Shown piece after piece: positions 7,444 to 15,327 of a stretch of DNA of 32,000 bases. Location: NCBI RefSeq assembly GCF_001598795.1, contig NZ_BCZP01000029.1, positions 32,317 to 64,316 of the forward strand. The letters run 5' to 3'. Position numbers and translations under genes: made by a program. Each line of letters starts with the position of its first letter. The first letter of the stretch is position 1. The stretch comes from Delftia acidovorans NBRC 14950 (lineage in GTDB: Bacteria; Pseudomonadota; Gammaproteobacteria; Burkholderiales; Burkholderiaceae_C). The notes under the pieces were generated by a model. That model was not told the origin of the DNA. It made no database searches and saw only the letters and a list, made by a program, of their open reading frames with translations.

Positions 7444-9762
7444 TCACACGCCGGCAGGCGCCCCCAGTTGCAGATCCACCCACTCGACCGCCGGCAGGGG
7501 CCGGCCGTAGTGGTAGCCCTGGAACAGCACGTCCTGATTCCAGGCCCGCAGCGTGCCGGCCTGCTCTTCGGTCTCCACTCCTTCGGCCACCACGCGCAGG
7601 CGCAGGCGTCTGGCCAGCAGCAGGATCGCCTCGACCATGGCGGCATTGCCCGGCGAGGTATGGCAGTCCTGCACAAAGGACTTGTCGATCTTGAGTTCAC
7701 GGAACGGCAGCCGCTGCAGATAGGCCAGCGATGAATAACCGGTGCCGAAGTCGTCCAGCCCCATCTCCACGCCCAGCAGCTGCAGCTCGGCCATGCGCTC
7801 GCGCGCCTCGTCCACATCGCGCATGACCACGCTTTCGGTGACCTCCAGCGTGAGGCGGCGCGGGTCGGCCCCGGTTGCGGCCAGGGTGCGCTTGAGCTTG
7901 TCCACCACGTCGGGCTGGCGGAACTGCCGCCAGCTGACGTTGACCGACAGCCGCCAGCCCTGCTGCACGAACTCGGGCCGCACCAGCATGCGGCAGGCCT
8001 GCTCCAGCATCCAGTCGCCCAGTTGCACGATCAGGTCCGATTCCTCGGCCACGGCAATGAAATCACCGGGCTCGACCATGCCCAGGCGCGGATGGTTCCA
8101 GCGCACCAGCACCTCCGCGCCCACACAGCGCCCCATGTGGTCCACCTGGGACTGCAGATAGGGCTGCAGCTCGCCGGCAGGAATGGCGCGGCGCAAGTCC
8201 TTTTCGATGCGAAAGCGCTTGCCCACGGCCTCGGCCATGTCGGGCTGGAAGATGACGACCTGGCCCAGCCCGGCCTGCTTGGCCTGGTGCAGGGCCACGC
8301 CCGCGCGGCGCAGCACATCGTGGCCACCGCTGTCGGTGCGCGAGGCGGCAAAGCTGGCCGCGCCAATGCTGCAGCTGGCCTGCACTTCCTCGCCGGTTTC
8401 CTCCAGCCACAGCGGCCGCTCCAGCGCGTCCTGCAGCACCTGGGCCAGGGCGCGCATGTGCTGATCGACCTCGGCCGCCTCCTGGCCGGCCTTCTCCAGC
8501 AGCACGGCGAATTCATCGGCGCCCATGCGGGCCAGCAGCACGCCGTCGGGCAGGGCATCGGCCAGGCGCAGCGCCAGCGCGCCCAGCAGCGCATCGCCAC
8601 GCACCGTGCCGCGCACATCGTTGAAGGCGGTGAAGCGGTCCATGTCCAGCAGCAGCAGGCCGTGGCGCGGCTCACCGCCCTTGCCGCCCTCGCGGAATTC
8701 ACGTGCCAGCGCGCGCAGGCGCTGGGTCAGCGACAGGCGGTTGGGCAGGCCGGTGAGCGCGTCGAAATGCGCCAGTGCATGGATCTGGCGTTCTGCGCGC
8801 ATGCGCTCTGACAGGTCCTGCTTGAGCTCCACATAGTTGACGATGCTGCCATCCGAGGCGCGTATGGGCGCCACCAGCACGGCCTCGGGCAGGTCTTCGC
8901 CCTGGCGCGTGCGGTTGGTCATCTGGCCGCGCCACAGCGCGCCCCGGCCCAGCTGGTGCAAGGCCTCTTCCCAGGCCGGCGCGTCCAGGCCCATGGTGGA
9001 GTAGCGGTGCGTGGGCTGGCCCAGGACCTCGTTGCGCGCAAAGCCGGTGCGCTGCAAAAAGGCCTCGTTCACGTAGACGATGTTCTGGTGCACGTCGGTG
9101 ATGACGATGCTTTCGGGGTTCTGCTCCACGGCGCGGTAGAACTTGCGCAGATCGTCCTGGTGCTGCTCCAGCGAGCCCAGTGTGTCCTGCAGTTCCTGGG
9201 CACGGCGGATCAGGCTGCGCCTTGCCATCAGCGTGACCGTGCCCGTCAGCCCCAGCATGCCCACGAAGTACAGCATGGAGAACACGGGCGAGGTCTCGCG
9301 CTGGCCTATCCAGTCAACCCCCTCGCGGCCCGCCACCCAGAACGCGGCCATGGCCAGCACGGACAGCACCAGCATGGCCAGCGTGGTGCGCACGCCCAGC
9401 ACCCAGGCGCACATAACGAGCAAGGCCGGAAAGGCCAGCACCGAGCTGCTTTGCACGCCGCCCGTGGCAGCCACCACGGTCACGGCTGCCACCCAGGTGC
9501 CCCAGACCAGAAGATTGGAGGCCAGCCTCCAGTGCCGGCGCCAGCCCAGCAGCACGGCGCCGAAGCTCACGCCGGCGGCAACCAGGTTCAGCCGCACGCT
9601 GGGCCAGGGAACGGGGTCCTGCGTCAGAAGCGCCATGGCCAGGAGCACGGTGAGGCTGGTGATCCATAGGCTGCCGACCAGAACGACCCGGCGCAGGGAC
9701 AAATGGATTTCCGCCTCGACTCGATGACGCCGCATGAAAAAGCCCCAACAGAGAAAGAACAC
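7444..9762 (-). CDS. Membrane-anchored PAS-GGDEF-EAL c-di-GMP signalling protein
   Basis: The protein is 772 aa; an alternative start M10 lies at 9735. It has about six N-terminal TM helices and a PAS core, NPESIVITDVHQNIVYVNEAF. The GGDEF-domain signature reads GADEF. The EAL domain has EVLVRWNHP, DDFGTGYSSL, ELKIDKSFV and EGVETEEQ. Confidence 0.9.
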   Translation of the reverse strand: MFFLCWGFFMRRHRVEAEIHLSLRRVVLVGSLWITSLTVLLAMALLTQDPVPWPSVRLNLVAAGVSFGAVLLGWRRHWRLASNLLVWGTWVAAVTVVAATGGVQSSSVLAFPALLVMCAWVLGVRTTLAMLVLSVLAMAAFWVAGREGVDWIGQRETSPVFSMLYFVGMLGLTGTVTLMARRSLIRRAQELQDTLGSLEQHQDDLRKFYRAVEQNPESIVITDVHQNIVYVNEAFLQRTGFARNEVLGQPTHRYSTMGLDAPAWEEALHQLGRGALWRGQMTNRTRQGEDLPEAVLVAPIRASDGSIVNYVELKQDLSERMRAERQIHALAHFDALTGLPNRLSLTQRLRALAREFREGGKGGEPRHGLLLLDMDRFTAFNDVRGTVRGDALLGALALRLADALPDGVLLARMGADEFAVLLEKAGQEAAEVDQHMRALAQVLQDALERPLWLEETGEEVQASCSIGAASFAASRTDSGGHDVLRRAGVALHQAKQAGLGQVVIFQPDMAEAVGKRFRIEKDLRRAIPAGELQPYLQSQVDHMGRCVGAEVLVRWNHPRLGMVEPGDFIAVAEESDLIVQLGDWMLEQACRMLVRPEFVQQGWRLSVNVSWRQFRQPDVVDKLKRTLAATGADPRRLTLEVTESVVMRDVDEARERMAELQLLGVEMGLDDFGTGYSSLAYLQRLPFRELKIDKSFVQDCHTSPGNAAMVEAILLLARRLRLRVVAEGVETEEQAGTLRAWNQDVLFQGYHYGRPLPAVEWVDLQLGAPAGV

Positions 9763-9871
9763 TCAACATGCTAGCGGTCGGCGCCGCCTGCGGCTGTGGT
9801 GGTTGTGCCACCGCCCCGGTCGGACGCCCTCTTGCACCAAACGGGGTATGCCGGCGCCGGCCGGCGGTGCC

Positions 9872-10825
9872 TCAGGGCGCGCTTTTGCGCTCGCGCGGGG
9901 GGCGCTTGCGCGCCTTGCTGGCGTCCTTGCGCGCCTGGCGCTCGGCATCGCGTTCCTGGCCCACGGCCAGCCACTGCGCGTATTCGTCGGGCGTCTCCAG
10001 CGTGATGCGGCCCAGGATCGCTCCGCGGAAATCCGTGAGCACCAGCTCGGCAGCTTTTTGCAGATTGACACGTCCGCCGCTCATCATTGCGCCGCGGCGC
10101 CGGCCGATGGCGTCCAGCAGTTCGTCGTCATGCAGGGCTGCAATGCGTTCGTTGTCCAGGCCCAGCTTGTAGCGCGCCTCCAGCAGGTCCGCGTAGTTCT
10201 TCTGCAGATAGCCCAGCAGCTCCAGCGCCACCAGTTCCTCGTCATAGGCGTTGCGGCCCACGGCGCCGCTGGCGGCCAGGTTGTAGCCGCTTTGCTCGAC
10301 GATGATGCGCGGCCACAGCATGCCGGGCGTGTCCCAGAGGTAGAAGTCGTCGGCCAGCACGATGCGCTGCTCCAGCTTGGTGATGCCGGCCTCGTCCCCC
10401 GTCTTGGCCTGCCGCTTGCCGCTCATGGAGTTGATCAGCGTGGACTTGCCCACGTTGGGAATGCCGCAGATCAGCACGCGCATGGGCTTGGCCATGCCGC
10501 CACGGTTGGGGGCCAGCAGCTTGCAGGCCTCGATCAGCCGGCGCGTGGGCGCGGGCTCGGAAGCGTCCAGCGCAATGGCGCGCGTGTCGCTCTGGGCGTT
10601 GTACCAGTCCAGCCACAGCGGCGTGCGCGCGGCATCGGCCAGGTCCTGCTTGTTGAGCACCTGCAGGCGCGGCTTGTGGCCCGTCAGCTCCTGCAGCAGC
10701 GGGTTGCTGCTCGACCCCGGCAGGCGCGCATCCAGCACTTCGATGACCACATCGATTTCCTTGACGCGCTCGGTGATCACCTTGCGCGTGAGATTCATGT
10801 GACCGGGGAACCACTGTATGGCCAT
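9872..10825 (-). CDS. ylqF: Ribosome biogenesis GTPase YlqF/RbgA (circularly permuted GTPase)
   Basis: This uses the internal ATG (rc of cat at 10823-10825), giving MAIQWFPGHM. The G-motif order is permuted: NKQDL (G4), then GIPNVGKST (G1), then DTPG (G3). There is a basic C-terminal tail, KDASKARKRPPRERKSAP. Confidence 0.9.
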   Translation of the reverse strand: MAIQWFPGHMNLTRKVITERVKEIDVVIEVLDARLPGSSSNPLLQELTGHKPRLQVLNKQDLADAARTPLWLDWYNAQSDTRAIALDASEPAPTRRLIEACKLLAPNRGGMAKPMRVLICGIPNVGKSTLINSMSGKRQAKTGDEAGITKLEQRIVLADDFYLWDTPGMLWPRIIVEQSGYNLAASGAVGRNAYDEELVALELLGYLQKNYADLLEARYKLGLDNERIAALHDDELLDAIGRRRGAMMSGGRVNLQKAAELVLTDFRGAILGRITLETPDEYAQWLAVGQERDAERQARKDASKARKRPPRERKSAP

Positions 10826-10992
10826 GGGATTACTTTCTGGGAAACGGGGGAACTGGCAGGGGCGCAAGGATAATTCATGGCTTGCGCAGACAGGATGGAA
10901 CAGCGCGCTGCGCCCCAGCGCAAACCGCAGGCTTCATTCTTTCTTGCGCAAGCCGCAATTGTCCCCCGCTTTTACGCCCCGCCTCACTGCCT

Positions 10993-11235
10993 ATGTCCTT
11001 GCCCGATACCGCCTCTTCCCGCTCCGCCTCGCGCAAGGCCGACATCGAACTGTTGATCAAGGGAGTGACCTGCGCCGTGATCGGCCTGGTGATTCTGCTG
11101 GCGCCGCAGTTCATGGCACCCGGGGGCATCGTGCAGATGATGGCCCAGTCGTACCTGGTCGGCTGGTTCGCCCTGCTGCTGGGCACGGCCTTCATCGTGC
11201 TGTTTGTGGTGCGCCGCAGCAAGGCGCGGCGCTGA
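10993..11235 (+). CDS. Small membrane protein (80 aa, two predicted TM helices), hypothetical
   Basis: This uses the internal ATG of ORF 10882..11235. Hydrophobic segments are GVTCAVIGLVILLAPQF and LVGWFALLLGTAFIVLFVV. The stop lies 2 nt before the next start. Confidence 0.5.
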   Translation: MSLPDTASSRSASRKADIELLIKGVTCAVIGLVILLAPQFMAPGGIVQMMAQSYLVGWFALLLGTAFIVLFVVRRSKARR

Positions 11236-11237
11236 GC

Positions 11238-11450
11238 ATGGTGCAGGGCCCGCTGGAGCAGGCTCTGTCGCAGATCGGGCTTTGGCAGCAGCGCGCCCAG
11301 GCTGCAGGCATTGCACTGCGCCCGGCGCCGCCCCAGCCCACCAGTTGCTGCGGTCGCGGCTGCAACGGCTGCGTCTGGGAAGGCTTCTACGACGCCGTGC
11401 TGTTCTGGTGCGAGGATGCAGGCCAGGCCCTGAGCGGCGGACCTGGCTGA
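11238..11450 (+). CDS. Oxidoreductase-like (Oxidored-like/OXLD1 N-terminal type) Cys-motif mini-protein, 70 aa
   Basis: The ATG at 11238 is in frame with ORF 10818..11450. The signature PPQPTSCCGRGCNGCVWEGFYDAV matches the CCxxGCxxCVW core of that domain family, recalled from memory. Confidence 0.7.
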   Translation: MVQGPLEQALSQIGLWQQRAQAAGIALRPAPPQPTSCCGRGCNGCVWEGFYDAVLFWCEDAGQALSGGPG

Positions 11451-11457
11451 GGCACGG

Positions 11458-12987
11458 TCAGCGCAGGTTCTCGGGCGACATGTAGCGCAGGCGCCATTCC
11501 TCGAAGGACAGCGTGTCTGCGGCCTCGATGTCGCGCTGGTCCTGCACGGACTGCGCCGACCATTGCTCGAAGCGCTGCTGCTGCGCCTGGCTCCAGGGCA
11601 GGGCCAGCAGCGAATCGCGGGCCTGCTCGGAACGGGCCAGCGTGAAGCGCGAGAAGCTGTTGCCGTACTCGCCCGTCAGCTCGCCCAGCACATGGGCCGA
11701 CGGCGTGCGCTCGGGATGCTCCAGGCGTTCCAGCGCCTGGGCCAGCGCGGCACTGTAATCCTGCGTGCCGTGCGTGCTGTCCAGTGCCTGGGCATAGGGG
11801 CGGCACTGGTCCAGCACTTCATGGGCCCAGTCGCGCAGCGGCACCTCGCGGCCCGCGCGCACCAGCTGCAGGCCGGGCTCGCGGCCACGCTCGGCGGTCA
11901 GGTGCTGGTTGTGCTTGAGTTCGGCGATCTCGGCCGGCGTATCGGGCGGGCTGTCGGCATTCAGGCAGTGCAGCAGGAACACGTCCAGCATGCGCATGGT
12001 GGGGGCGGCAATGCCCACATCCTCGAAGGGATCGAGGTCCATCAGGCGCACTTCCACATACTCCACTCCGCGCTCGCGCAGGGCATGCAGCGGGCGCTCG
12101 CCACGGCTGACGGTGCGCTTGGGGCGGATGGTGCCGTAGAACTCGTTCTCGATCTGCAGCAGACCCGTGCCCAGCTGGTTGTAGTCGCCGCCCGGATTGC
12201 GCACGCCCAGCATCTCGTAGGCCGGGTAGGGATGGGTCAGCGCCTCATGCAGCGAATTCGCATAGCCTTCCAGGCCGTTGTAGCTGACGTTGATGCTGGC
12301 CTGCGCATCGCTCTGGTAGCCCAGGCGGCCCATGCGCAGCGAGGTGGCATGGGGCAGGTACAGCGCCTGGCCCGTATTGCCCAGCGGCTTCAGGCCATGC
12401 TCGCGCCCCTCGACGAAACAGGGACACAGCGCGGGCGATGCGCCGTACAGATACAGCAGCACGAAGGCATGGCGCCGGAAATTGCGGATCAGCGAGAAAT
12501 ACTGGTCGCTGGTCACGCCGGGCAGCGACCAGTTGTAGTGGATGCCCGAAATCGTCTGCATGCGCCGGCCATAGCGATGGCCCAGGCCCATGCGGTACAC
12601 GCTCTTGGATCGGCCCGAATGCGAGGAGCCATAGCGCGCCAGCGGAATCGTCTCGTCCGTGGGCAGCTGGCAGGGCATGCTGGACGACCACAGCATCTCG
12701 CCGCCCGCATCGCGCAGGCTGCGCAGCACGAACTGGTGGATCTGCACCAGCTCGTCCAGGCATTCCTGCACGCCCAGGCGCGCGCCCGTGATCAGCTCGA
12801 TCTGCGATTCGCTGTAGTCGGTGGTGATGTGCGGATGCGTGAGCGCCGAGCCCAGTGCCAGGGGATGCGGCGTCAGCGCCAGGCTGCCGGAAGGCAGCAC
12901 GCGCAGGCCCTCCTTTTCTATGCCACGGCGTATGCCCTTGAGCCGCTGGGGATCGGGAACCGCCATGGATGCCTGCGATGTTTTCAT
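11458..12987 (-). CDS. gshA: Glutamate--cysteine ligase (gamma-proteobacterial GshA type)
   Basis: The 509-aa protein contains LKGIRRGIEKEGLRV, GSALTHPHITTDYSESQIELIT, MQTISGIHYNWSL and YVEVRLMDLDPF. It is collinear with E. coli GshA. Confidence 0.93.
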   Translation of the reverse strand: MKTSQASMAVPDPQRLKGIRRGIEKEGLRVLPSGSLALTPHPLALGSALTHPHITTDYSESQIELITGARLGVQECLDELVQIHQFVLRSLRDAGGEMLWSSSMPCQLPTDETIPLARYGSSHSGRSKSVYRMGLGHRYGRRMQTISGIHYNWSLPGVTSDQYFSLIRNFRRHAFVLLYLYGASPALCPCFVEGREHGLKPLGNTGQALYLPHATSLRMGRLGYQSDAQASINVSYNGLEGYANSLHEALTHPYPAYEMLGVRNPGGDYNQLGTGLLQIENEFYGTIRPKRTVSRGERPLHALRERGVEYVEVRLMDLDPFEDVGIAAPTMRMLDVFLLHCLNADSPPDTPAEIAELKHNQHLTAERGREPGLQLVRAGREVPLRDWAHEVLDQCRPYAQALDSTHGTQDYSAALAQALERLEHPERTPSAHVLGELTGEYGNSFSRFTLARSEQARDSLLALPWSQAQQQRFEQWSAQSVQDQRDIEAADTLSFEEWRLRYMSPENLR

Positions 12988-13185
12988 TCTTGTTTACCGA
13001 TTCGTTGATGGGCACCGGCCCACACGGAAACCACCAGGATTCCCGGCGGACCCGACCCGGACGCCGAATGATAGAGAAACGGCAGGAAACGCGATGGCGC
13101 CTGTCCGCTTAACCACGCGTTTTGGCCTGTTGCCCCGCATGGCATCGCCGCGAGCGAAAGGAATATGTCAGAGTTTCGCCCTCCA

Positions 13186-13225
13186 GGCCGGCCCTGCCTT
13201 GACGCCGGGCAAGGGCAGGCCGGCC
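13186..13225 (-). terminator. GC-rich imperfect hairpin 33 nt downstream of the SDR stop; possible U-tract-less terminator
   Basis: The arms are GGCCGGCCCTGCCTT (13186-13200) and AAGGGCAGGCCGGCC (13211-13225). They are complementary apart from a one-base slip. No T-run follows on the minus strand. Confidence 0.3.
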
Positions 13226-13257
13226 AGCGGTGAAATCACTTGCCGGCCTCCGCTTCA

Positions 13258-14166
13258 TCAACGGGCAGCGGCCATGGCCTTGCCCACCTCCAGCGTGCCC
13301 TGCGCGGCGCCGCTGGCGGGCACCTGTTCGCCGCTGCGGTCCAGCACCTGGGCCAGTTGCGCAGCCAGTTGCTCCGGCACCTGGTCGCCCCGGCCCAGAT
13401 ACACGCCTTCGGTCAGCGTGATGAAGGCCGCCTCGAAGCCGCCCGCGCCTGCGCACAGCGTGGTACGTGTGGGCGCACTTTCGTGGGCCAGCACCAGCAT
13501 GGCGGGCACCACGGCCTCGGGCTTGAGGGCGGCCAGCACGGCCTCGGGCATCAGGCCTTCGGTCATGCGGGTGGCCGCCGTGGGGGCCAGCGCATTCACA
13601 TGGATGCCGTGCTTGGCGCCTTCGATGGCCAGCGTCTGCATGAGGCCGACCTGGGCCAGCTTGGCCGCGCCGTAGTTGGCCTGGCCGAAGTTGCCATACA
13701 GGCCCGTGGACGAGGTGGTCATCACGATGCGCCCGTAGTTCTGCGCCTGCATGTGCGGCCACACGGCCTTGCAGCAATGCGCGGCGCCCATCAGGTGCAC
13801 TTCCACCACCAGGCGGAAATCATCCATGTCCATCTTGGCGAAGCTCTTGTCGCGCAGGATGCCGGCGTTGTTGACCAGGATGTCCACGCGGCCCCAGGCA
13901 TCGACGGCCTGCTGCACCATGGCCTGCACGGCCGCGAAATCGGTGACCGATGCGCCGTTGGCCAGCGCCTGGCCGCCCGCCGCGCGGATCTCGTCCACCA
14001 CGGCCTGGGCCGCCGTGGTCGAGCCGCCGCTGCCATCGACCGCGCCGCCCAGATCATTGACCAGCACCTTGGCGCCGCGCGCCGCCAGCGCCAGCGCATG
14101 CAGACGCCCCAGGCCGCCGCCGGCCCCCGTCACGATGGCCACGCGGCCCTCAAACTCAATCGCCAT
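13258..14166 (-). CDS. SDR-family oxidoreductase (MFE-2/3-hydroxyacyl-CoA dehydrogenase-like)
   Basis: The 302-aa protein has the Rossmann motif TGAGGGLG, the NNAG motif, and the catalytic YGAAK. Confidence 0.88.
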   Translation of the reverse strand: MAIEFEGRVAIVTGAGGGLGRLHALALAARGAKVLVNDLGGAVDGSGGSTTAAQAVVDEIRAAGGQALANGASVTDFAAVQAMVQQAVDAWGRVDILVNNAGILRDKSFAKMDMDDFRLVVEVHLMGAAHCCKAVWPHMQAQNYGRIVMTTSSTGLYGNFGQANYGAAKLAQVGLMQTLAIEGAKHGIHVNALAPTAATRMTEGLMPEAVLAALKPEAVVPAMLVLAHESAPTRTTLCAGAGGFEAAFITLTEGVYLGRGDQVPEQLAAQLAQVLDRSGEQVPASGAAQGTLEVGKAMAAAR

Positions 14167-14390
14167 GGAGATGCTCCCTTTGTTGCATTGGATGCCGGCT
14201 CCGCCCGCCGGATGGCTAGGCGCCGGTCACCCAGCAATGTAGACGGACGCCGCCTTCATTCCGGTTGCCCAAGCGACTGCGGCAGGGCCGCCAGCCTTGT
14301 CCCCACCATTGCGTGACAAGCCTGTGGACAACCATGTGCTGGCCCGGGACTGGTGATCCAAGCGGTTGTTTTGAATGGATTTTTTTCTTT

Positions 14391-14406
14391 TGCCTATTTT
14401 TTAATC
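14391..14406 (-). repeat. Inverted copy of the A-rich motif (rc GATTAAAAAATAGGCA)
   Basis: The plus strand reads TGCCTATTTTTTAATC. Its reverse complement matches GATTAAAAAACAGGCA at 14700-14715 with one mismatch. Confidence 0.6.
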
Positions 14407-14492
14407 AAATCCACAAGTCGTCTGCCCGACTTATCCCGTCTCACCCTGAACAATCTTGTGAACAACTTTCACAGCGGGCGGGATAAGCCAGA

Positions 14493-14544
14493 CAAGTCAT
14501 TGATTCAAAAGGAAAACATGCAGCCCGCTTAAAAAACAGGCAGA
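14493..14544 (+). repeat. Copy 1 of a ~50-bp duplicated module: AAGTCATTGATT-N23-TTAAAAAACAGGCA
   Basis: AAGTCATTGATT lies at 14494-14505 and TTAAAAAACAGGCA at 14529-14542. The minus strand at 14493-14505 reads AATCAATGACTTG, which fits the IHF consensus WATCAANNNNTTR. Confidence 0.7.
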
Positions 14545-14665
14545 AGACCCCGGATTTTCGGGCTGCGTCCCGCTTATCCACCGCGCAACCCGCATGTACG
14601 CATTTACCCCCATTCGGACTGGACAAGCATGTGGACAAGCGGCTGCAACGGCCTGATTTCGCGGT

Positions 14666-14717
14666 TAAGTCATTGATTTGAAATACAAGCCCTGCGATTG
14701 ATTAAAAAACAGGCAAA
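14666..14717 (+). repeat. Copy 2 of the duplicated module, 173 bp downstream of copy 1
   Basis: AAGTCATTGATT lies at 14667-14678 and TTAAAAAACAGGCA at 14702-14715, with the same 23-nt internal spacing as copy 1. The minus strand at 14666-14678 reads AATCAATGACTTA, which also fits the IHF consensus. Confidence 0.7.
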
Positions 14718-14800
14718 CGGCGCAATTCCGGACCTGTGCCGACCTGCTCCGTATCGCATACAAATGCAGGCTCGGCAGATCCCATCCAAAGCAGACGCCC

Positions 14801-15115
14801 ATGAGCCAGGACTCCCCCGCCTCCTCCCCTTTTTCCCCGCCCTTCTTCACCGCCCGCCTCACGCCCAGCGGCCTGCAGGTCGATGCCTGGGCCGACCAGC
14901 CGCTGCTGCATTCGCTGGAGCAGGGCGGCGTGGACTGGCCCAGTTCCTGCCGCAACGGCACCTGCCGCACCTGCATCGGGCAGCTGGTCTCGGGCAGCGT
15001 GCGCTACGAGATCGAATGGCCGGGCGTGACGCGCGAGGAGCGGGCCGAGGGCTGCGTGCTGCCCTGCATCGCCTATCCCGAAGGCGATGTGGTGCTGCAG
15101 GACCCCGGCCCCTGA
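14801..15115 (+). CDS. Plant-type [2Fe-2S] ferredoxin-domain protein (104 aa)
   Basis: The cluster ligand pattern is present: CRNGTCRTC (C-x4-C-x2-C) plus a distal Cys in VLPCIAYP. Confidence 0.85.
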   Translation: MSQDSPASSPFSPPFFTARLTPSGLQVDAWADQPLLHSLEQGGVDWPSSCRNGTCRTCIGQLVSGSVRYEIEWPGVTREERAEGCVLPCIAYPEGDVVLQDPGP

Positions 15116-15327
15116 ATCCGGCCAAAGCCCGCGCCGCCTGCGGCCGATGGCCGCTGGAATAGAATGTGCGCTTTCGCAAGGTCATTCCGGGTCATGCCGA
15201 TTGCCGACAGCGGCTGCGCCGCGCCACACGTTCTTTGGAAGCCCACTTCTGACGCCTGCCAGGCCGAGGGAGCCGGCGCGTGTGCCGCGCCCCGTCCGCA
15301 CGACCCGGCTCCTCCAGAAGGCACTCC

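Larger units (their letters stand above)
14290..14720. promoter_or_regulatory. DnaA-box-like cluster with IHF-consensus sites and AT-rich repeats (oriC-like or DnaA-titration/reactivation-like candidate)
   Basis: The boxes, written as the TTATCCACA-sense word, are:
- 14297-14305 (+) TTGTCCCCA
- 14311-14319 (-) TTGTCACGC
- 14323-14331 (-) TTGTCCACA
- 14407-14415 (+) AAATCCACA
- 14431-14439 (+) TTATCCCGT
- 14457-14465 (-) TTGTTCACA
- 14478-14486 (-) TTATCCCGC
- 14574-14582 (+) TTATCCACC
- 14618-14626 (-) TTGTCCAGT
- 14630-14638 (-) TTGTCCACA

A ~48-bp stretch at 14366-14413 is ~75% A/T by hand count. Confidence 0.45.

Noticed and set aside
14265-14976. Small ORFs (73, 65, 103 and 69 aa) inside the AT-rich island
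   Set aside because: They have odd composition (Cys/Phe runs from T-tracts), no SD sequences, and overlap one another and the repeat motifs. I treat the island as non-coding.
15116-15327. Possible FMN (RFN) riboswitch upstream of ribBA
   Set aside because: AAAGCCCGCG and GGTCATTCCGGGTCATGCCGATTGCCGACAGCGG loosely resemble RFN segments. However, the conserved 5' GGGxGAAAxxCCxACCGGCGGT block and the 3' AGTCCGGATGxGAGA block are absent. An Rfam RF00050 covariance-model scan would settle it.
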